Shown: one piece after another, positions 62,934 through 64,000 of the stretch
Layout: the number at the start of each line of letters is the position of its first letter
Numbering within the stretch: the first letter of the stretch is position 1
DNA from: Longimicrobiales bacterium
GTDB lineage: Bacteria > Gemmatimonadota > Gemmatimonadetes > Longimicrobiales > Gaopeijiaceae
Direction: 5' to 3'
DNA: 64,000 nt
Assembly: GCA_963664435.2 (NCBI GenBank)
Contig: CAXXKM010000001.1
Span: forward strand, 320,001 to 384,000
Notes under the pieces: model-generated
Told to the model about the DNA's origin: nothing
The model's database searches: none
The model's input: the letters and a program-made list of their open reading frames with translations, nothing else
Position numbers and translations under genes: made by a program

Positions 62934-64000
62934 ATGAGCAAGGTCATCGGCATCGACCTGGGGACGACCAACTCGGTGGTCGCGGTCATGGAGGGCGGCG
63001 AACCGGTCGTCATCCCCAGCGCGGAGGGCGGGCGCACGACGCCGTCGGTGGTGGCGTTCACCAAGGACGGCGAGCGTCTGGTCGGCCAGGTGGCCCGGCG
63101 GCAGGCCATCACCAACCCGAAGAACACCATCTTCTCCATCAAGCGCTTCGTGGGGCGCAAGTCCTCCGAGGTCAGCGAGGAGCGCAAGCTGGTCCCGTAC
63201 GAGGTCACCAGCGACGCGGGCGGGCGGGTGCAGGTCCGGATCCCCAACGCCGGCAAGACCTTCAACCCGCCGGAGATCTCCGCGCTCATCCTGCAGAAGA
63301 TGAAGCAGACCGCGGAGGACTATCTCGGCCAGAAAGTGACCCAGGCCGTCATCACGGTGCCCGCGTACTTCAACGACTCGCAGCGTCAGGCCACCAAGGA
63401 TGCCGGCAAGATCGCGGGCCTGGAGGTGCGCCGGATCATCAACGAGCCCACCGCGGCGGCGCTCGCGTACGGGCTGGACAAGAAGAAGGACGAGAAGATC
63501 GCGGTCTTCGACCTGGGCGGCGGGACCTACGACATCTCGATCCTGGAGCTGGGCGACGGCGTCTTCGAGGTGAAGGCCACCAACGGCGACACCCACCTCG
63601 GCGGAGACGACATCGACCAGGTGATCATCGACTGGCTGGTGACGGAGTTCAAGAAGGAGCAGGGCATCGACCTGTCCAGGGATTCCATGGCGCTGCAGCG
63701 GCTCAAGGAGGCCGCCGAGAAGGCCAAGATGGAGCTCTCGTCGACGATGCAGTCCGACATCAACCTGCCCTTCATCACGGCGACCCAAGAGGGCCCCAAG
63801 CACCTCAACTACTCGCTGTCGCGCGCCCGCTTCGAGCAGTTGGCCGACGGCTTGCTGCAGCGGACCATCCCGCCGATGAAGGCCGCGCTCAAGGACGCGG
63901 GGCTCACGCCCGACGACATCGACGAGGTCATCCTCGTGGGTGGCTCGACGCGCATCCCGAAGATCCAGCAGATCGTGCGCAAGTTCTTCGGCAAGGATCC
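62934..64000 (+). CDS. dnaK: Chaperone DnaK (3'-truncated by window edge; not in the supplied ORF track)
   Basis: Hand translation [22 protein letters not shown]...[18 protein letters not shown]...[17 protein letters not shown]. Confidence 0.98.
   Translation, partial: MSKVIGIDLGTTNSVVAVMEGGEPVVIPSAEGGRTTPSVVAFTKDGERLVGQVARRQAITNPKNTIFSIKRFVGRKSSEVSEERKLVPYEVTSDAGGRVQVRIPNAGKTFNPPEISALILQKMKQTAEDYLGQKVTQAVITVPAYFNDSQRQATKDAGKIAGLEVRRIINEPTAAALAYGLDKKKDEKIAVFDLGGGTYDISILELGDGVFEVKATNGDTHLGGDDIDQVIIDWLVTEFKKEQGIDLSRDSMALQRLKEAAEKAKMELSSTMQSDINLPFITATQEGPKHLNYSLSRARFEQLADGLLQRTIPPMKAALKDAGLTPDDIDEVILVGGSTRIPKIQQIVRKFFGKD

Noticed and set aside
62844..63803. 319-aa ORF antisense to dnaK
   Set aside because: The well-known open antisense frame of hsp70 genes; the sense frame is unambiguous DnaK

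Overview
High-GC (roughly 70% by eye) bacterial chromosome segment, mostly core genome. Gene content and style suggest a diderm FCB-superphylum organism, plausibly Gemmatimonadota (inference only). It contains a complete F1Fo ATP synthase operon, the 5' part of dnaK, acs, etfAB, aroB, moeA, thiD, thiE, ruvX-mltG, PBP1A, nucleoside salvage genes, several transporters, two exported M24 peptidases and a vapBC pair. I saw no rRNA, tRNA, CRISPR array, transposase or integrase. The best candidate for a poorly described system is a terminator-bounded five-gene minus-strand operon at 28113-38983: TonB-dependent receptor, a ~1350-aa exported protein with a T9SS-like C-terminal domain, a PorV-family barrel, a small beta-barrel and a large lipoprotein. 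A ~290-nt leader with mutually exclusive hairpins, a uORF and a LacI-like operator precedes it. Other notable signals are: a NYN-LOTUS-LOTUS-HhH protein whose 18-bp histone-like repeat array has one 17-bp unit that fuses it to a 3-methyladenine glycosylase; tandem NrdR-like boxes with no reductase gene; a sigma54-type dnaK promoter with paired upstream sites; a lone mgdA-like gene beside gltS; a LITAF-like zinc-ribbon membrane protein; and a synonymously diverged intergenic copy of a piece of the PNP gene. All family calls come from motif recognition by eye, and start codons were adjusted by hand from the ORF track.
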